Shown here one piece after another: positions 1 through 13,552 of a DNA stretch of 64,000 nt. Position 1 is the first letter of the stretch; each line of letters opens with the position of its first letter. Below the pieces are notes generated by a model that was not told the origin of the DNA, did no database searches, and saw only the letters and a list, made by a program, of their open reading frames with translations. A program made the translations under genes and the position numbers. This stretch comes from Eledone cirrhosa (Eukaryota). The stretch lies in the NCBI GenBank assembly GCA_964016885.1, contig OZ024750.1:44082001-44146000 (forward strand). The letters are read 5' to 3'.

Positions 1-300
1 TGAAGTATCAGTCATTGTCAAGGTCGTTGCTATTGTAAGACTTACAGTACAACACCTTACAACAGTTATTAACAGTTTTAGATATGTATGCGTCTGTGTA
101 TGGGCCAGAAAATTCTCATAGAGACGTTGTGTGGCCGTTTTACCAACATACGGCGGTTCTGGAGCATTTTAAGCCTGCTGGAGCCCATCCCTCCCCAGGC
201 CTGAATTCAGCAGATTTCTTCCAGAGAAAGATAGAAAGTGAGAGAGAGGAAATGAGAAAGAGATATAGAGGAAGAATCAACCCCAGTACTAGACTGGTAG

Positions 301-409
<109 letters not shown>

Positions 410-454
410 AGAAAAAAAGAAAATGAGTGTTGCGACGAATGGAATTCATCGGAC

Positions 455-905
455 ACTAGCAGAGGTACCCGGCCTTGCTCCGGTATTAAATAGCAGTTAT
501 GTATACCATTTATGTTAATACTTCAGTGCTACTTCGAAAACTATACCTTTACAAAATCATCGGCTTTTTCCAAAAGGGGGTTCCTGCCCCCAGGGGTATC
601 CTACTCAATATGTGCCAATTCTGAGAGTTCACATTCATCTGTAGAACAAACGTAGCCCATGTGTGAAGTTTTGTGTAAATCGGTTGCGAACTCCAGAAGT
701 TATGACGTTTTGTTGCATTGCACTGCATGTCTTCAGTCGACTCCAAGGAAGCGGTTGAAGGGGGTTATCTGCCGGAGGCCCTATAATCAATATCCTAAAT
801 GAAAGTGCTCATGACCATCCGGAGTACTTAAGTAACCTATGTCTTAAGTTTGGTGAAAATACTGTAGAAATGCATAAGGTTTACACACAGACACACACAC
901 ACACG
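455..905 (+). mobile_element. Possible non-autonomous Helentron/HINE-like element, degraded
   Basis: Starts ACTAGCAGAGGTACCCGGCCTTGCTCCGG, has internal AAGTTTTGTGTAAATCGG and AAGTTTGGTGAAAAT motifs, and ends in a CA/CAGA tract. Resemblance to DINE-1/Lep1-type elements is recalled, not searched. Confidence 0.4.
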
Positions 906-1233
906 TGTGTATGTGTGTGTGTGTGTGTTTGTGTGTGTGTATGTATTTGTGTGTGCGTATGTATGTGTATATCCGTCGGCGCATACTATGTACTGGACTA
1001 AATCTTCACTATTTACTTTTACTATTTTAATAACCTGTCATTTTCGTTTTCAATTTTATTTACATCATTCTTAAACTCCGGGGCTGGAAATCATTCGGTT
1101 ATTTTAAATAGAACATTAGTCTAACGACTCCATTTATACCATAAACTTGGTCTTGTCTTTGCATGAAATTGTTATTCTCGGTCCACATAACGACGTATTA
1201 TCCTCGCTTTTTCTTCCGTTCATTACCAGGGAA

Positions 1234-1371
1234 CGTCTTCCTGTTTTCCTTCGGTTGCAACGTTTCGCATAATATTTACTTCTGCGTTTACAGATTGAAT
1301 TTTTTAGTTTCAGAAGATCCCGTTAATGTTGAAAGCAGCGATTCTTTGCTTAAACTTTAATCTGTTCTTAT

Positions 1372-1402
<31 letters not shown>

Positions 1403-1545
1403 TTATTAAAATAACAGATTAAAGTTTAAGCAAAGAATCGCTGCTTTCACCCTTAACGGGATCTTCTGAAACTAACAAAGTCAATCTGTAAACGCAGAAC
1501 TGGATATTTCAAAAAACGTTGCAACCGGAGGAAGACAGGAAGACG
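1234..1545. repeat. Imperfect inverted repeat (arms of about 135 bp) around a (TA)n spacer
   Basis: GAAAGCAGCGATTCTTTGCTTAAACTTTAATCTGTT in the left arm matches AACAGATTAAAGTTTAAGCAAAGAATCGCTGCTTTC in the right arm. Confidence 0.85.
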
Positions 1546-1583
1546 ATACTTTGGTTCGTGGAAATGTTCCCTATGCAAATAAG

Positions 1584-1628
<45 letters not shown>

Positions 1629-1631
<3 letters not shown>

Positions 1632-1719
1632 CGTTTCTGAATTTGTTTAGCAAGATTCTTTATCTGAAATCGTGTGTTGAAACCGATATTGTTATACTAA
1701 CATGACCCTCCCAAAGTAT

Positions 1720-1724
<5 letters not shown>
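1629..1724 (+). mobile_element. Short (TA)n-embedded interspersed repeat, family A (copies at 29816-29973 reverse and 44655-44749)
   Basis: Shared TCGTTTCTGAATTTGTTTAGCAAGATTCTTTATCTGAAA...GTTGAAACCGATATTGTTAT at three loci. Confidence 0.85.
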
Positions 1725-1762
<38 letters not shown>

Positions 1763-1816
1763 TATGTATGCACATATATATATATTTATATATATATGTG
1801 TGTGTGTATGTATGTA

Positions 1817-1876
<60 letters not shown>

Positions 1877-2084
1877 GGGTATGACATTAAACTACATCCA
1901 GTGGCAAGGCTCCAGTTCGGGAGTTCAGGAGATGTGGGGAATGTGGAGTTACCCCTTAGTTGTCATGACTCCCAGGTCTGCCCTGGCCCGGGGTGGTAGT
2001 ACCTGTTAGGGCTCCATTTATGGGTTAAATAACTACCTTATTCGAGTGGCGCCGGTAAGGTATTGTCAGCCATTGAAAAGAAAT

Positions 2085-3569
2085 ATGGAGAGTCGATCTA
2101 ACAGCACTAGGGTTAGAGCCCCTAATTACACTGTCAAGGAGCAGCCTGGTCGTTATGATTCTGCTTGCTTAGAGCCACAGAGAGGGCCAGTGGATGATGG
2201 ATCAGCTGTCTCTGAGACAAATATAAAGAATGCAGTTTTGTCCTGCAGAAGCGCCATCAAAATGGGCACTTTGAATGTGAGGACTATTCGAACGCTGGAG
2301 AAGAGAGAGGAGTTGGGACATCTGTTCGAGGAGAGTGGTATACAGATACTTGCGATCCAAGAACACAGGATTCTACACGATGAGCCCGTGAGGAGTGTGA
2401 TGATCGGGAGGAAGAGCCAGCTCATCACTACATCGGCAATGAAGAACACAACAAATGCTGCAGTAGGAGGAGTGGGTTTTGTGTTCAGTGCAAAAACCAA
2501 TCTGTTGGTGAGGGAAATAATGCCTATCTCCCCGCGAGTGTTGAGGGTGACCTTCAATGGAAACCCAAGACTGACAGTCATCTCAGCCTATAGTCCAACT
2601 GAGGGGGACAGTGATGTGAATGCCGAGGAGTTCCATGAGGAGGTGTGTAGAGCTGTCAACACCACTCAGGCACACAATATCCTGCTTGTTTTGGGGGACT
2701 TCAATGCACATCTGTGTAAGGAGGGCAGTGAAGATCCTTGCTGGTACTTCCATAACAACACCAACCGAAATGGAAGACTACTGAGAGACACCCTGCTGGA
2801 GGCGAACTTGATGGCGACCAACCTAAGGTTTAGGAAGAATCTGGGGAAGATGTGGACCTACATCTCAGATATGCACCTGTCCAAGTCCCATATTGATTTC
2901 ATTCTGGTGAGGAAAAAGTGGCGGAATAGTGTTCTGAACACGGAACCATACAGCTATTTCAGTACACTGGGTAGTGACCACCGGCTTGTTATGAGTGAGG
3001 TCCGCGTTAGCTTAAGAAAGAGCAAGGCTCAGCCCCGGAGAACAATCTATGACTGGGGAGCTTTCAAGGAAGATGATAAGCTACAGGAGAGGTTCACAGT
3101 GGAAGTGAGAAACAGGTTTAGTGCTCTGTGTGGAGAGTCAGAGGAGAGAAAGATTGGATGGACTGAGGAGAGTGTGACGAGGAGGTACGGGCACTTCACC
3201 AATGCAGTGGCGAAAGCAAGTGAAACCCTGGTGCCGAGGAAAAAGAACAAAGGGAAGCACGTCAGCTCTGCAAACCCAAAAGTGTGTGCAGCCAGAGAAC
3301 ACCTGAAAGCTGCCAGGGACCAATTCTATGCTGATCCTACGGAGGAGAGGATGGAGACTGTGGGGGTGATGAGGGAAAAGCTCTGTACCGCTTACACTGA
3401 GGTCAGAGAGGAAGCACTGATAGAGAAGATCAGAAGTGTGGAGAGAGCGGTTGACAGATCTGGATGTAAGGAGAGCTGGATGATCATCAACGAGATCACA
3501 GGGAGGAAGAAAAGATGTTCGAGTCAGATCCAGGGAACGGGCCCGAGGATAGGAAGAGGAAATGGCTAG
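2085..3569 (+). CDS. APE-type endonuclease half of RTE ORF (first ATG at 2085; frameshifted near 3545)
   Basis: Motifs GTLNVRT, LAIQEHR, SAYSPT, LGDFNAH, HIDFIL and GSDHRLV. Confidence 0.88.
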   Translation: MESRSNSTRVRAPNYTVKEQPGRYDSACLEPQRGPVDDGSAVSETNIKNAVLSCRSAIKMGTLNVRTIRTLEKREELGHLFEESGIQILAIQEHRILHDEPVRSVMIGRKSQLITTSAMKNTTNAAVGGVGFVFSAKTNLLVREIMPISPRVLRVTFNGNPRLTVISAYSPTEGDSDVNAEEFHEEVCRAVNTTQAHNILLVLGDFNAHLCKEGSEDPCWYFHNNTNRNGRLLRDTLLEANLMATNLRFRKNLGKMWTYISDMHLSKSHIDFILVRKKWRNSVLNTEPYSYFSTLGSDHRLVMSEVRVSLRKSKAQPRRTIYDWGAFKEDDKLQERFTVEVRNRFSALCGESEERKIGWTEESVTRRYGHFTNAVAKASETLVPRKKNKGKHVSSANPKVCAAREHLKAARDQFYADPTEERMETVGVMREKLCTAYTEVREEALIEKIRSVERAVDRSGCKESWMIINEITGRKKRCSSQIQGTGPRIGRGNG

Positions 3570-5178
3570 ACCATTTTAGGACCCTACTAGGAGAGCCACC
3601 CTCCACAGCCCAGAGCACTGGGGAGATCAGGCGGCTGTTTGGGGAACTGGATGTTGAGACAGAGCCCTTCACCAGAGAGGAGCTTCAGAGAGCCAAGAAG
3701 AAGATCAAGGAGGGCAAGGCTCATGGAGAAGATGGAGTGGCATCAGAGGTGATGAAGAGGTGTGATTTTGATGATATCATCCTGGGGTTCTGTAACGGGG
3801 CACTGGAGAAAGGAGTTGCCCCGAATCAGTGGAGGATCAGTAACATCGTCCCAGTGCCAAAGAAGGGAGATCTCTCTAACACCAACAACTACCGGGGGAT
3901 CTTACTGACGTCACTTGTGGCAAAGACCCTCAACAGGATGATTCTTAACAGGATCCAGCCTGAGATGGAGAAGAAGCTCAGGGACAACCAGAACGGCTTC
4001 AGAGAGGGTAGATCAACCACCAGTCACATCCTGATGCTGAGGAGGATATTAGAGGGAGCTAGAGCAAAGTGCCTTCCTGCGGTCATGGTTTTCATTGACT
4101 TTAGGAAGGCCTTTGATTCTGTGGACCGTTACTGCCTGATGAAGATCTTACAGGCTTATGGAATCCCCAAGAGGATAGTGGACCTGATATCACTGCTCTA
4201 CACCAACACCAAAGCCCAAGTCATTACACCTGATGGGAGAACAGAGTTCTTTGAGATACTGGCTGGAGTGCTCCAGGGAGATACATTGGCTCCCTACCTT
4301 TTTATCATCGTAGTGGACTATTGTATGCGCCTTGCACTGGAGAAACACCAGGACTCTGGCTTTACTGTAGCACCGGCTCAGAGCAGGAGAGTTGGGGTGA
4401 AAAAGGTATCGGATGCTGAATTTGCCGACGACATAGTTTTGGTGACAAATACAGTGAAGGTGGCAGAGGATTTGATGCGGGAGGTTGAGACTGTGTCGAT
4501 GAGTGTGGGGCTGAGAATGAATGAGACTAAAACAAAATATCTGGTAGAGAATGTTGAGAAGCCAGAGGGGATCACTAATATAGGCGGGAAGCCGCTGGAA
4601 TTGGTTGAGGACTTCCTGTATTTGGGAGCAAAGATTGGGAATACGGAAGTTGATGTGGTTGAAAGGAAGAGCAAGGCCTGGGCGGCGTGTCACAGCTTGG
4701 GATCGGTGTGGAAGTCGGACCTTCGTAGAGACCTGAAGGTCCGCCTCTTCATTGCTGTAGTGGAGTCTGTGCTGCTGTGTGGGTCTGAGACTTGGACACT
4801 GACCAAGAGACTCACTCAGATGGTGGATGGGTGCTACACGAGAATGCTGAGGATGGCTCTGAACATTAATCAGTATACACTGAGGATGAAAAACTCAGAG
4901 CTGTATGGGAGCATCCCAAAAGTCAGCTCAAAAGTGACACAGAGAAGACTGAGGTTGGCTGGTCATGCTCACCGACATCCAGAGTTGACATTGCACTCAG
5001 TGCTCCTTTGGGAGCCCCTACATGGACACACTAGAAGAGGAAGACCAAGGTTAACATATGTTGATGCCCTAAGGACAGACACTGGTCTGTTGGAGATGCA
5101 GGATATGGCAGCGATAATGAGGGACAGAGACCGCTGGAGAGAACTCGTCCATGGATCTCGGGAATTTTACCCGCCTTA

Positions 5179-5179
<1 letters not shown>
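3515..5179 (+). CDS. Reverse transcriptase half of RTE ORF
   Basis: Motifs [46 protein letters not shown] and FLYLG. RTE-type C-terminus GSETW...RGRP...DRDRWRELV. Confidence 0.92.
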
Positions 5180-5239
<60 letters not shown>

Positions 5240-5328
5240 GTGTGTGTGTGTGTATATATACATATATTTTTATGTGTATATTTATATATGTGTATATGTG
5301 TATATCTATATATGTGTATATGTGTTTG

Positions 5329-5372
<44 letters not shown>

Positions 5373-5754
5373 GTGTATATATGTGTGTGTATATGTATAT
5401 ATGTTTATATGTATATATAAGTATATATGTATATATAAGTATATATGTATATATGTGTGTGTGTGTGTTAGTGTGTGTGTGTGTGTGTGTGTGAATGTAG
5501 CGAAAATAATACGTCAGCAATGACGTATTCGTCAGAATATCGTTATGCAGACAGGCAGACATACAGCCAGATATTATAAGGGTTCGACGGAGATCGATAA
5601 CCGGCGCCTGACACCCCTTTAACAACAGAAAATTGAAAAATAAAGCTGCAGTTAGTATCTTTACACCGCAAGGAATATATAAATACAAGTTTGAAGTCAA
5701 TCGGAGTAGAAATGTGGATTTGTATAGACTTTGATAAGTTGTATATATATATGG

Positions 5755-8700
5755 AGGGATAAGGAGAGGGGAATTGAGGAAGGCGTATAGAGGAACAATT
5801 GACCTCAGTATTAGACTGGTACTATATATATAGAGAGAGAGAGATAGAGAGAGGGAGAGGAAATGAGGAAGGGGTATAGAGGAACAATTGACCTCAGTAT
5901 TAGACTGGTACTATATATATATATAGAGAGAGAGATATAGAGAGGGAGAGGAAATGAGGAAGGCGTATAGAGGAACAATTGACCTCAGTATTAGACTGGT
6001 ACTATATATATATATATAGAGAGAGAGAGATAGAGAGAGGGAGAGGAAATGAGGAAGAGGTATAGAGGAACAATTGACCTCAGTAGTAGACTGGTACTAT
6101 ATATATATATAGAGAGAGAGAGAGATAGAGAGAGGGAGAGGAAATGAGGAAGGCGTATAGAGGAACAATTGACCTCAGTATTAGACTGGTACTATATATA
6201 TATATATAGAGAGAGAGAGATAGAGAGAGGGAGAGGAAATGAGGAAGGGGTATAGAGGAACAATTGACCTCAGTATTAGACTGGTACTATATATATATAT
6301 AGAGAGAGAGATAGAGAGAGGGAGAGGAAATGAGGAAGGGGTATAGAGGAACAATTGACCTCAGTAGTAGACTGGTACTATATATATATAGAGAGAGAGA
6401 GATAGAGAGAGGGAGAGGAAATGAGGAAGGGGTATAGAGGAACAATTGACCTCAGTAGTAGACTGGTACTATATATATATAGAGAGAGAGAGATAGAGAG
6501 AGGGAGAGGAAATGAGGAAGGGGTATAGAGGAACAATTGACCTCAGTAGTAGACTGGTACTATATATATATAGAGAGAGAGAGATAGAGAGAGGGAGAGG
6601 AAATGAGGAAGGGGTATAGAGGAACAATTGACCTCAGTAGTAGACTGGTACTATATATATATAGAGAGAGAGATATAGAGAGGGAGAGGAAATGAGGAAG
6701 GGTATAGAGGAACAATTGACCTCAGTAGTAGACTGGTACTATATATATATAGAGAGAGAGATAGAGAGAGGGAGAGGAAATGAGGAAGGGTATAGAGGAA
6801 CAATTGACCTCAGTAGTAGACTGGTACTATATATATATAGAGAGAGAGATAGAGAGAGGGAGAGGAAATGAGGAAGGGGTATAGAGGAACAATTGACCTC
6901 AGTAGTAGACTGGTACTATATATATATAGAGAGAGAGATAGAGAGAGGGAGAGGAAATGAGGAAGGGGTATAGGGGAACAATTGACCTCAGTAGTAGACT
7001 GGTACTATATATATATAGAGAGAGAGATAGAGAGAGGGAGAGGAAATGAGGAAGGGGTATAGGGGAACAATTGACCTCAGTAGTAGACTGGTACTATATA
7101 TATATAGAGAGAGAGATAGAGAGAGGGAGAGGAAATGAGGAAGGGGTATAGGGGAACAATTGACCTCAGTAGTAGACTGGTACTATATATATATAGAGAG
7201 AGAGATAGAGAGAGGGAGAGGAAATGAGGAAGGGGTATAGAGGAACAATTGACCTCAGTAGTAGACTGGTACTATATATATATAGAGAGAGAGATAGAGA
7301 GAGGGAGAGGAAATGAGGAAGGGGTATAGGGGAACAATTGACCTCAGTAGTAGACTGGTACTATATATATATAGAGAGAGAGATAGAGAGAGGGAGAGGA
7401 AATGAGGAAGGGGTATAGAGGAACAATTGACCTCAGTAGTAGACTGGTACTATATATATATAGAGAGAGAGATAGAGAGAGGGAGAGGAAATGAGGAAGG
7501 GGTATAGGGGAACAATTGACCTCAGTAGTAGACTGGTACTATATATATATAGAGAGAGAGATAGAGAGAGGGAGAGGAAATGAGGAAGGGGTATAGGGGA
7601 ACAATTGACCTCAGTAGTAGACTGGTACTATATATATAGAGAGAGAGAGATAGAGAGAGGGAGAGGAAATGAGGAAGGGGTATAGGGGAACAATTGACCT
7701 CAGTAGTAGACTGGTACTATATATATATAGAGAGAGAGATAGAGAGAGGGAGAGGAAATGAGGAAGGGGTATAGAGGAACAATTGACCTCAGTAGTAGAC
7801 TGGTACTATATATATATAGAGAGAGAGATAGAGAGAGGGAGAGGAAATGAGGAAGGGGTATAGGGGAACAATTGACCTCAGTAGTAGACTGGTACTATAT
7901 ATATATAGAGAGAGAGATAGAGAGAGGGAGAGGAAATGAGGAAGGGGTATAGAGGAACAATTGACCTCAGTAGTAGACTGGTACTATATATATATAGAGA
8001 GAGAGATAGAGAGAGGGAGAGGAAATGAGGAAGGGGTATAGGGGAACAATTGACCTCAGTAGTAGACTGGTACTATATATATATAGAGAGAGAGATAGAG
8101 AGAGGGAGAGGAAATGAGGAAGGGGTATAGGGGAACAATTGACCTCAGTAGTAGACTGGTACTATATATATATATAGAGAGAGATAGAGAGAGGGAGAGG
8201 AAATGAGGAAGGGGTATAGAGGAACAATTGACCTCAGTAGTAGACTGGTACTATATATATATAGAGAGAGAGATAGAGAGAGGGAGAGGAAATGAGGAAG
8301 GGGTATAGGGGAACAATTGACCTCAGTAGTAGACTGGTACTATATATATATAGAGAGAGAGATAGAGAGAGGGAGAGGAAATGAGGAAGGGGTATAGGGG
8401 AACAATTGACCTCAGTAGTAGACTGGTACTATATATATATATAGAGAGAGATAGAGAGAGGGAGAGGAAATGAGGAAGGGGTATAGAGGAACAATTGACC
8501 TCAGTAGTAGACTGGTACTATATATATATAGAGAGAGAGATAGAGAGAGGGAGAGGAAATGAGGAAGGGGTATAGAGGAACAATTGACCTCAGTAGTAGA
8601 CTGGTACTATATATATATAGAGAGAGAGATAGAGAGAGGGAGAGGAAATGAGGAAGGGGTATAGAGGAACAATTGACCTCAGTAGTAGACTGGTACTATA

Positions 8701-10724
8701 TATATATAGAGAGAGAGATATAGAGAGGGAGAGGAAATGAGGAAGGGGTATAGAGGAACAATTGACCTCAGTAGTAGACTGGTACTATATATATATAGAG
8801 AGAGAGATAGAGAGAGGGAGAGGAAATGAGGAAGGGGTATAGAGGAACAATTGACCTCAGTAGTAGACTGGTACTATATATATAGAGAGAGAGAGATAGA
8901 GAGAGGGAGAGGAAATGAGGAAGGGGTATAGAGGAACAATTGACCTCAGTAGTAGACTGGTACTATATATATATAGAGAGAGAGATAGAGAGAGGGAGAG
9001 GAAATGAGGAAGGGGTATAGAGGAACAATTGACCTCAGTAGTAGACTGGTACTATATATATATAGAGAGAGAGATAGAGAGAGGGAGAGGAAATGAGGAA
9101 GGGGTATAGAGGAACAATTGACCTCAGTAGTAGACTGGTACTATATATATAGAGAGAGAGATAGAGAGAGGGAGAGGAAATGAGGAAGGGGTATAGGGGA
9201 ACAATTGACCTCAGTAGTAGACTGGTACTATATATATATAGAGAGGGAGATAGAGAGAGGGAGAGGAAATGAGGAAGGGGTATAGAGGAACAATTGACCT
9301 CAGTAGTAGACTGGTACTATATATATATATAGAGAGAGATAGAGAGAGGGAGAGGAAATGAGGAAGGGGTATAGAGGAACAATTGACCTCAGTAGTAGAC
9401 TGGTACTATATATATATAGAGAGAGAGATAGAGAGAGGGAGAGGAAATGAGGAAGGGGTATAGAGGAACAATTGACCTCAGTAGTAGACTGGTACTATAT
9501 ATATATAGAGAGAGAGATATAGAGAGGGAGAGGAAATGAGGAAGGGGTATAGAGGAACAATTGACCTCAGTAGTAGACTGGTACTATATATATATAGAGA
9601 GAGAGATAGAGAGAGGGAGAGGAAATGAGGAAGGGGTATAGAGGAACAATTGACCTCAGTAGTAGACTGGTACTATATATATAGAGAGAGAGAGATAGAG
9701 AGAGGGAGAGGAAATGAGGAAGGGGTATAGAGGAACAATTGACCTCAGTAGTAGACTGGTACTATATATATATAGAGAGAGAGATAGAGAGAGGGAGAGG
9801 AAATGAGGAAGGGGTATAGAGGAACAATTGACCTCAGTAGTAGACTGGTACTATATATATAGAGAGAGAGATAGAGAGAGGGAGAGGAAATGAGGAAGGG
9901 GTATAGAGGGAACAATTGACCTCAGTAGTAGACTGGTACTATATATATATAGAGAGAGAGATAGAGAGAGGGAGAGGAAATGAGGAAGGGGTATAGAGGA
10001 ACAATTGACCTCAGTAGTAGACTGGTACTATATATATATAGAGAGAGAGATAGAGAGAGGGAGAGGAAATGAGGAAGGGGTATAGAGGAACAATTGACCT
10101 CAGTAGTAGACTGGTACTATATATATATAGAGAGAGAGATAGAGAGAGGGAGAGGAAATGAGGAAGGGGTATAGGGGAACAATTGACCTCAGTAGTAGAC
10201 TGGTACTATATATATATAGAGAGAGAGATAGAGAGAGGGAGAGGAAATGAGGAAGGGGTATAGAGGAACAATTGACCTCAGTAGTAGACTGGTACTATAT
10301 ATATATAGAGAGAGAGATAGAGAGAGGGAGAGGAAATGAGGAAGGGGTATAGAGGAACAATTGACCTCAGTAGTAGACTGGTACTATATATATAGAGAGA
10401 GAGATAGAGAGAGGGAGAGGAAATGAGGAAGGGGTATAGAGGAACAATTGACCTCAGTAGTAGACTGGTACTATATATATATAGAGAGAGATAGAGAGAG
10501 GGAGAGGAAATGAGGAAGGGGTATAGAGGAACAATTGACGTCAGTAGTAGACTGGTACTATATATATATAGAGAGAGAGATAGAGAGAGGGAGAGGAAAT
10601 GAGGAAGGGGTATAGGGGAACAATTGACCTCAGTAGTAGACTGGTACTATATATATATAGAGAGAGAGATAGAGAGAGGGAGAGGAAATGAGGAAGGGGT
10701 ATAGGGGAACAATTGACCTCAGTA
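5755..10724. repeat. Tandem satellite with a unit of about 90 bp, roughly 55 copies
   Basis: Unit GAGGGAGAGGAAATGAGGAAGGGGTATAGAGGAACAATTGACCTCAGTAGTAGACTGGTAC(TA)n(GA)nTA(GA)n. Confidence 0.97.
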
Positions 10725-11029
10725 ATAAATATAACAGAACCGGCAAGTCAATTGTACAGGACTTGTCACATGTCATTTAGATATGACAGAACCAGTAATT
10801 CAATGTAACGGCCATGTCACGGGCAGATTTTGCCCGAGGATAGTATTAAGACTACACGTGTCTGTGGAATACTCAGCCACTTCTACCCCTGCACAAAGAG
10901 CAGGTAGTTCAGTTCATCGAACAATTGAAACAAAGAAAAGTTGCCACAACTAACGGACATCTTTCTTTGTTTACATTTATAAATAATATTAGTTTCATAT
11001 AAAAGATGAGAAACAGATGTTGACCAAAT

Positions 11030-11108
<79 letters not shown>

Positions 11109-11153
11109 ATATGTATGTGTATAAGTTTCTGTGTATGTGTGTGTGTAAATATA

Positions 11154-11238
<85 letters not shown>

Positions 11239-11259
11239 ACATATATACATATATATATA

Positions 11260-11295
<36 letters not shown>

Positions 11296-11385
11296 TCATA
11301 TATATAAGTATATATGTAGTATATATATATGTATATATACATACATATTATAACACTTTATATCTTTACATATATATATATATAT

Positions 11386-11564
11386 AACGAAGGAAATGTG
11401 GTAAGGAACAAGATGGACCATAACGCACCAAAGTACTCAATACTTAGGGTAGTAGAGTGGGTAATAGGAACGAGTAGGACCCCGACGGCTGAGCTCAAGC
11501 CGTTTGGACGGGCTAATTCTATCGAAACTGCTTGAGCTCAGCCATCGGGGTCCTACTCGTTCCT
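11386..11564 (+). mobile_element. Short (TA)n-embedded fold-back element, family B (copies at 21896-22090 reverse, 29741-29798 partial, 58389-58582)
   Basis: Shared AACGAA...GTAAGGAAC..GATGGACCATAAC...AGTACTCAATA head followed by a terminal hairpin of about 100 nt. Confidence 0.88.
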
Positions 11565-11797
11565 ATATATATATATATATATGTGTGTTTGTGGTGTGGT
11601 GTGTGTGTGTGTGGCTGTGGGTATGTGTGTGTGCGTGCGTGGGGTCTGTGTGTGTGTGTGTGTGTATAGCATGTGTATATGAAAAATATGGGGCTGGTCT
11701 AAGTATATACATGTTAATGATTTGTGTAATTTTGGGGTAACTGTGTATATATGTAAATATGTACTGGGTGTCAAACTTAATTGTAATTCACACACAA

Positions 11798-12725
11798 ACA
11801 ACACAGCTAATGCTATATACACTCACTATACACTCACACATACAGACACACACACATATACAACACAGCTAATGCTATATACACTCACTATACTCTCACA
11901 CATACAGACACACACACACATACAACACAGCTAATGCTATATACACTCACTATGCACTCACACATACAGACACACACACATATACAACACAGCTAATGCT
12001 ATATACACTCACTATACACTCTCACATACAGACACACACACATATACAACACAGCTAATGCTATATACACTCACTATACACTCACACATACAGACACACA
12101 CACACACATACAACACAGCTAATGCTATATACACTCACTATACACTCACACATACAGATACACACACATATACAACACAGCTAATGCTATATACACTCAC
12201 TATACACTCACACATACAGATACACACACATATACAACACAGCTAATACTATATACACTCACTATACACTCTCACATACAGACACACACACATATACAAC
12301 ACAGCTAATGCTATATACACTCACTATACACTCTCACACATACAGATACACACACATATACAACACAGCTAATGCTATATACACTCACATATACACTCTC
12401 ACACATACAGATACACACACATTATACAACACAGCTAATGCTATATACACTCACTATACACTCTCACACATACAGATACACACACATATACAACACAGCT
12501 AATGCTATATACACTCACTATACACTCTCACACATACAGACACACACACATATACAACACAGCTAATGCTTATATACACTCACTATACACTCACACATAC
12601 AGATACACACACATATACAACACAGCTAATGCTATATACACTCACTATACACTCACACATACAGACACACACACATATACAACACAGCTAATACTATATA
12701 CACTCACTATACACTCTCACACATA
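11798..12725. repeat. Minisatellite with a unit of about 62-66 bp, about 15 copies
   Basis: Unit ACAACACAGCTAATGCTATATACACTCACTATACACTCACACATACAGACACACACACATAT. Confidence 0.95.
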
Positions 12726-13552
12726 CACGTATTTATACCTATATATATAATATATATATACACACACACATATATATATATATTTATATATATATATATA
12801 CACACATATATATACACATATACACTTATACACTTAAAGGTATACATATACACATATGTGTGTAAGTATGTGTCTTATACATATACACATATACACTTAA
12901 GGAATGTATAGACACATGCTTACACACATATGTATATATGTATGTTTATATGTATGTATGTATGTATGTATAATGTATATATGTATGCATGCATGCATGC
13001 ATTTATGTATGCATGCATGTATGTATGTATGTATGTATAAATGTATGTATGAATGTATGTATGTACGTATGTATGTATGTATAATGTGTGTATAATGAAT
13101 AATTGTATGCATGCATATGTGTATGTATGAATCTATGTATGTGTGTATGAATGTATGAATGTATGTATGTATATTTGTATGTATCTAAGTATGTATGTAT
13201 GTATATGTGTATACATGTATGAATGTATTATGTATATTTGTTGGCATATATTTATGTATGTATGTACGTATGTATGTATGTATATACGTAAGTTTGTCTA
13301 TTTGTAGGTATGTATATATTTATGTATGTATGTATATATGTATGTATGTATGCATGTATGTATGTATATACATAAGTTTGTCTATTTGTATGTATGTATA
13401 TATTTATGTATGTATGTATTTATGTATGTATGTATGTATGTATATATGTATATATGTATGTATGCATGTATGTATGTATATACGTAAGTTTGTCTATTTG
13501 TATGTTTGTATATATTTATGTATGTATGTATTTATGTATGTATGTATGTATG

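Larger units (their letters stand above)
1872..5179 (+). mobile_element. RTE-clade LINE, near full length (5' UTR plus a single APE-RT ORF with one frameshift), inserted in (TA)n
   Basis: Endonuclease and RT reading frames are contiguous across a -1 shift near 3545. About 210 nt of unique 5' leader starts directly after (TA)n, and (TA)n resumes just after the stop codon. Confidence 0.9.

Noticed and set aside
5508-5540. Minus-strand CUGACGA followed by a perfect 8-bp hairpin
   Set aside because: No GAAA after the stem and no stems I or III, so it is a plain hairpin.
5755-10724. CRISPR-like periodicity
   Set aside because: There are no unique spacers, the units are near-identical, there are no cas genes and the context is eukaryotic.
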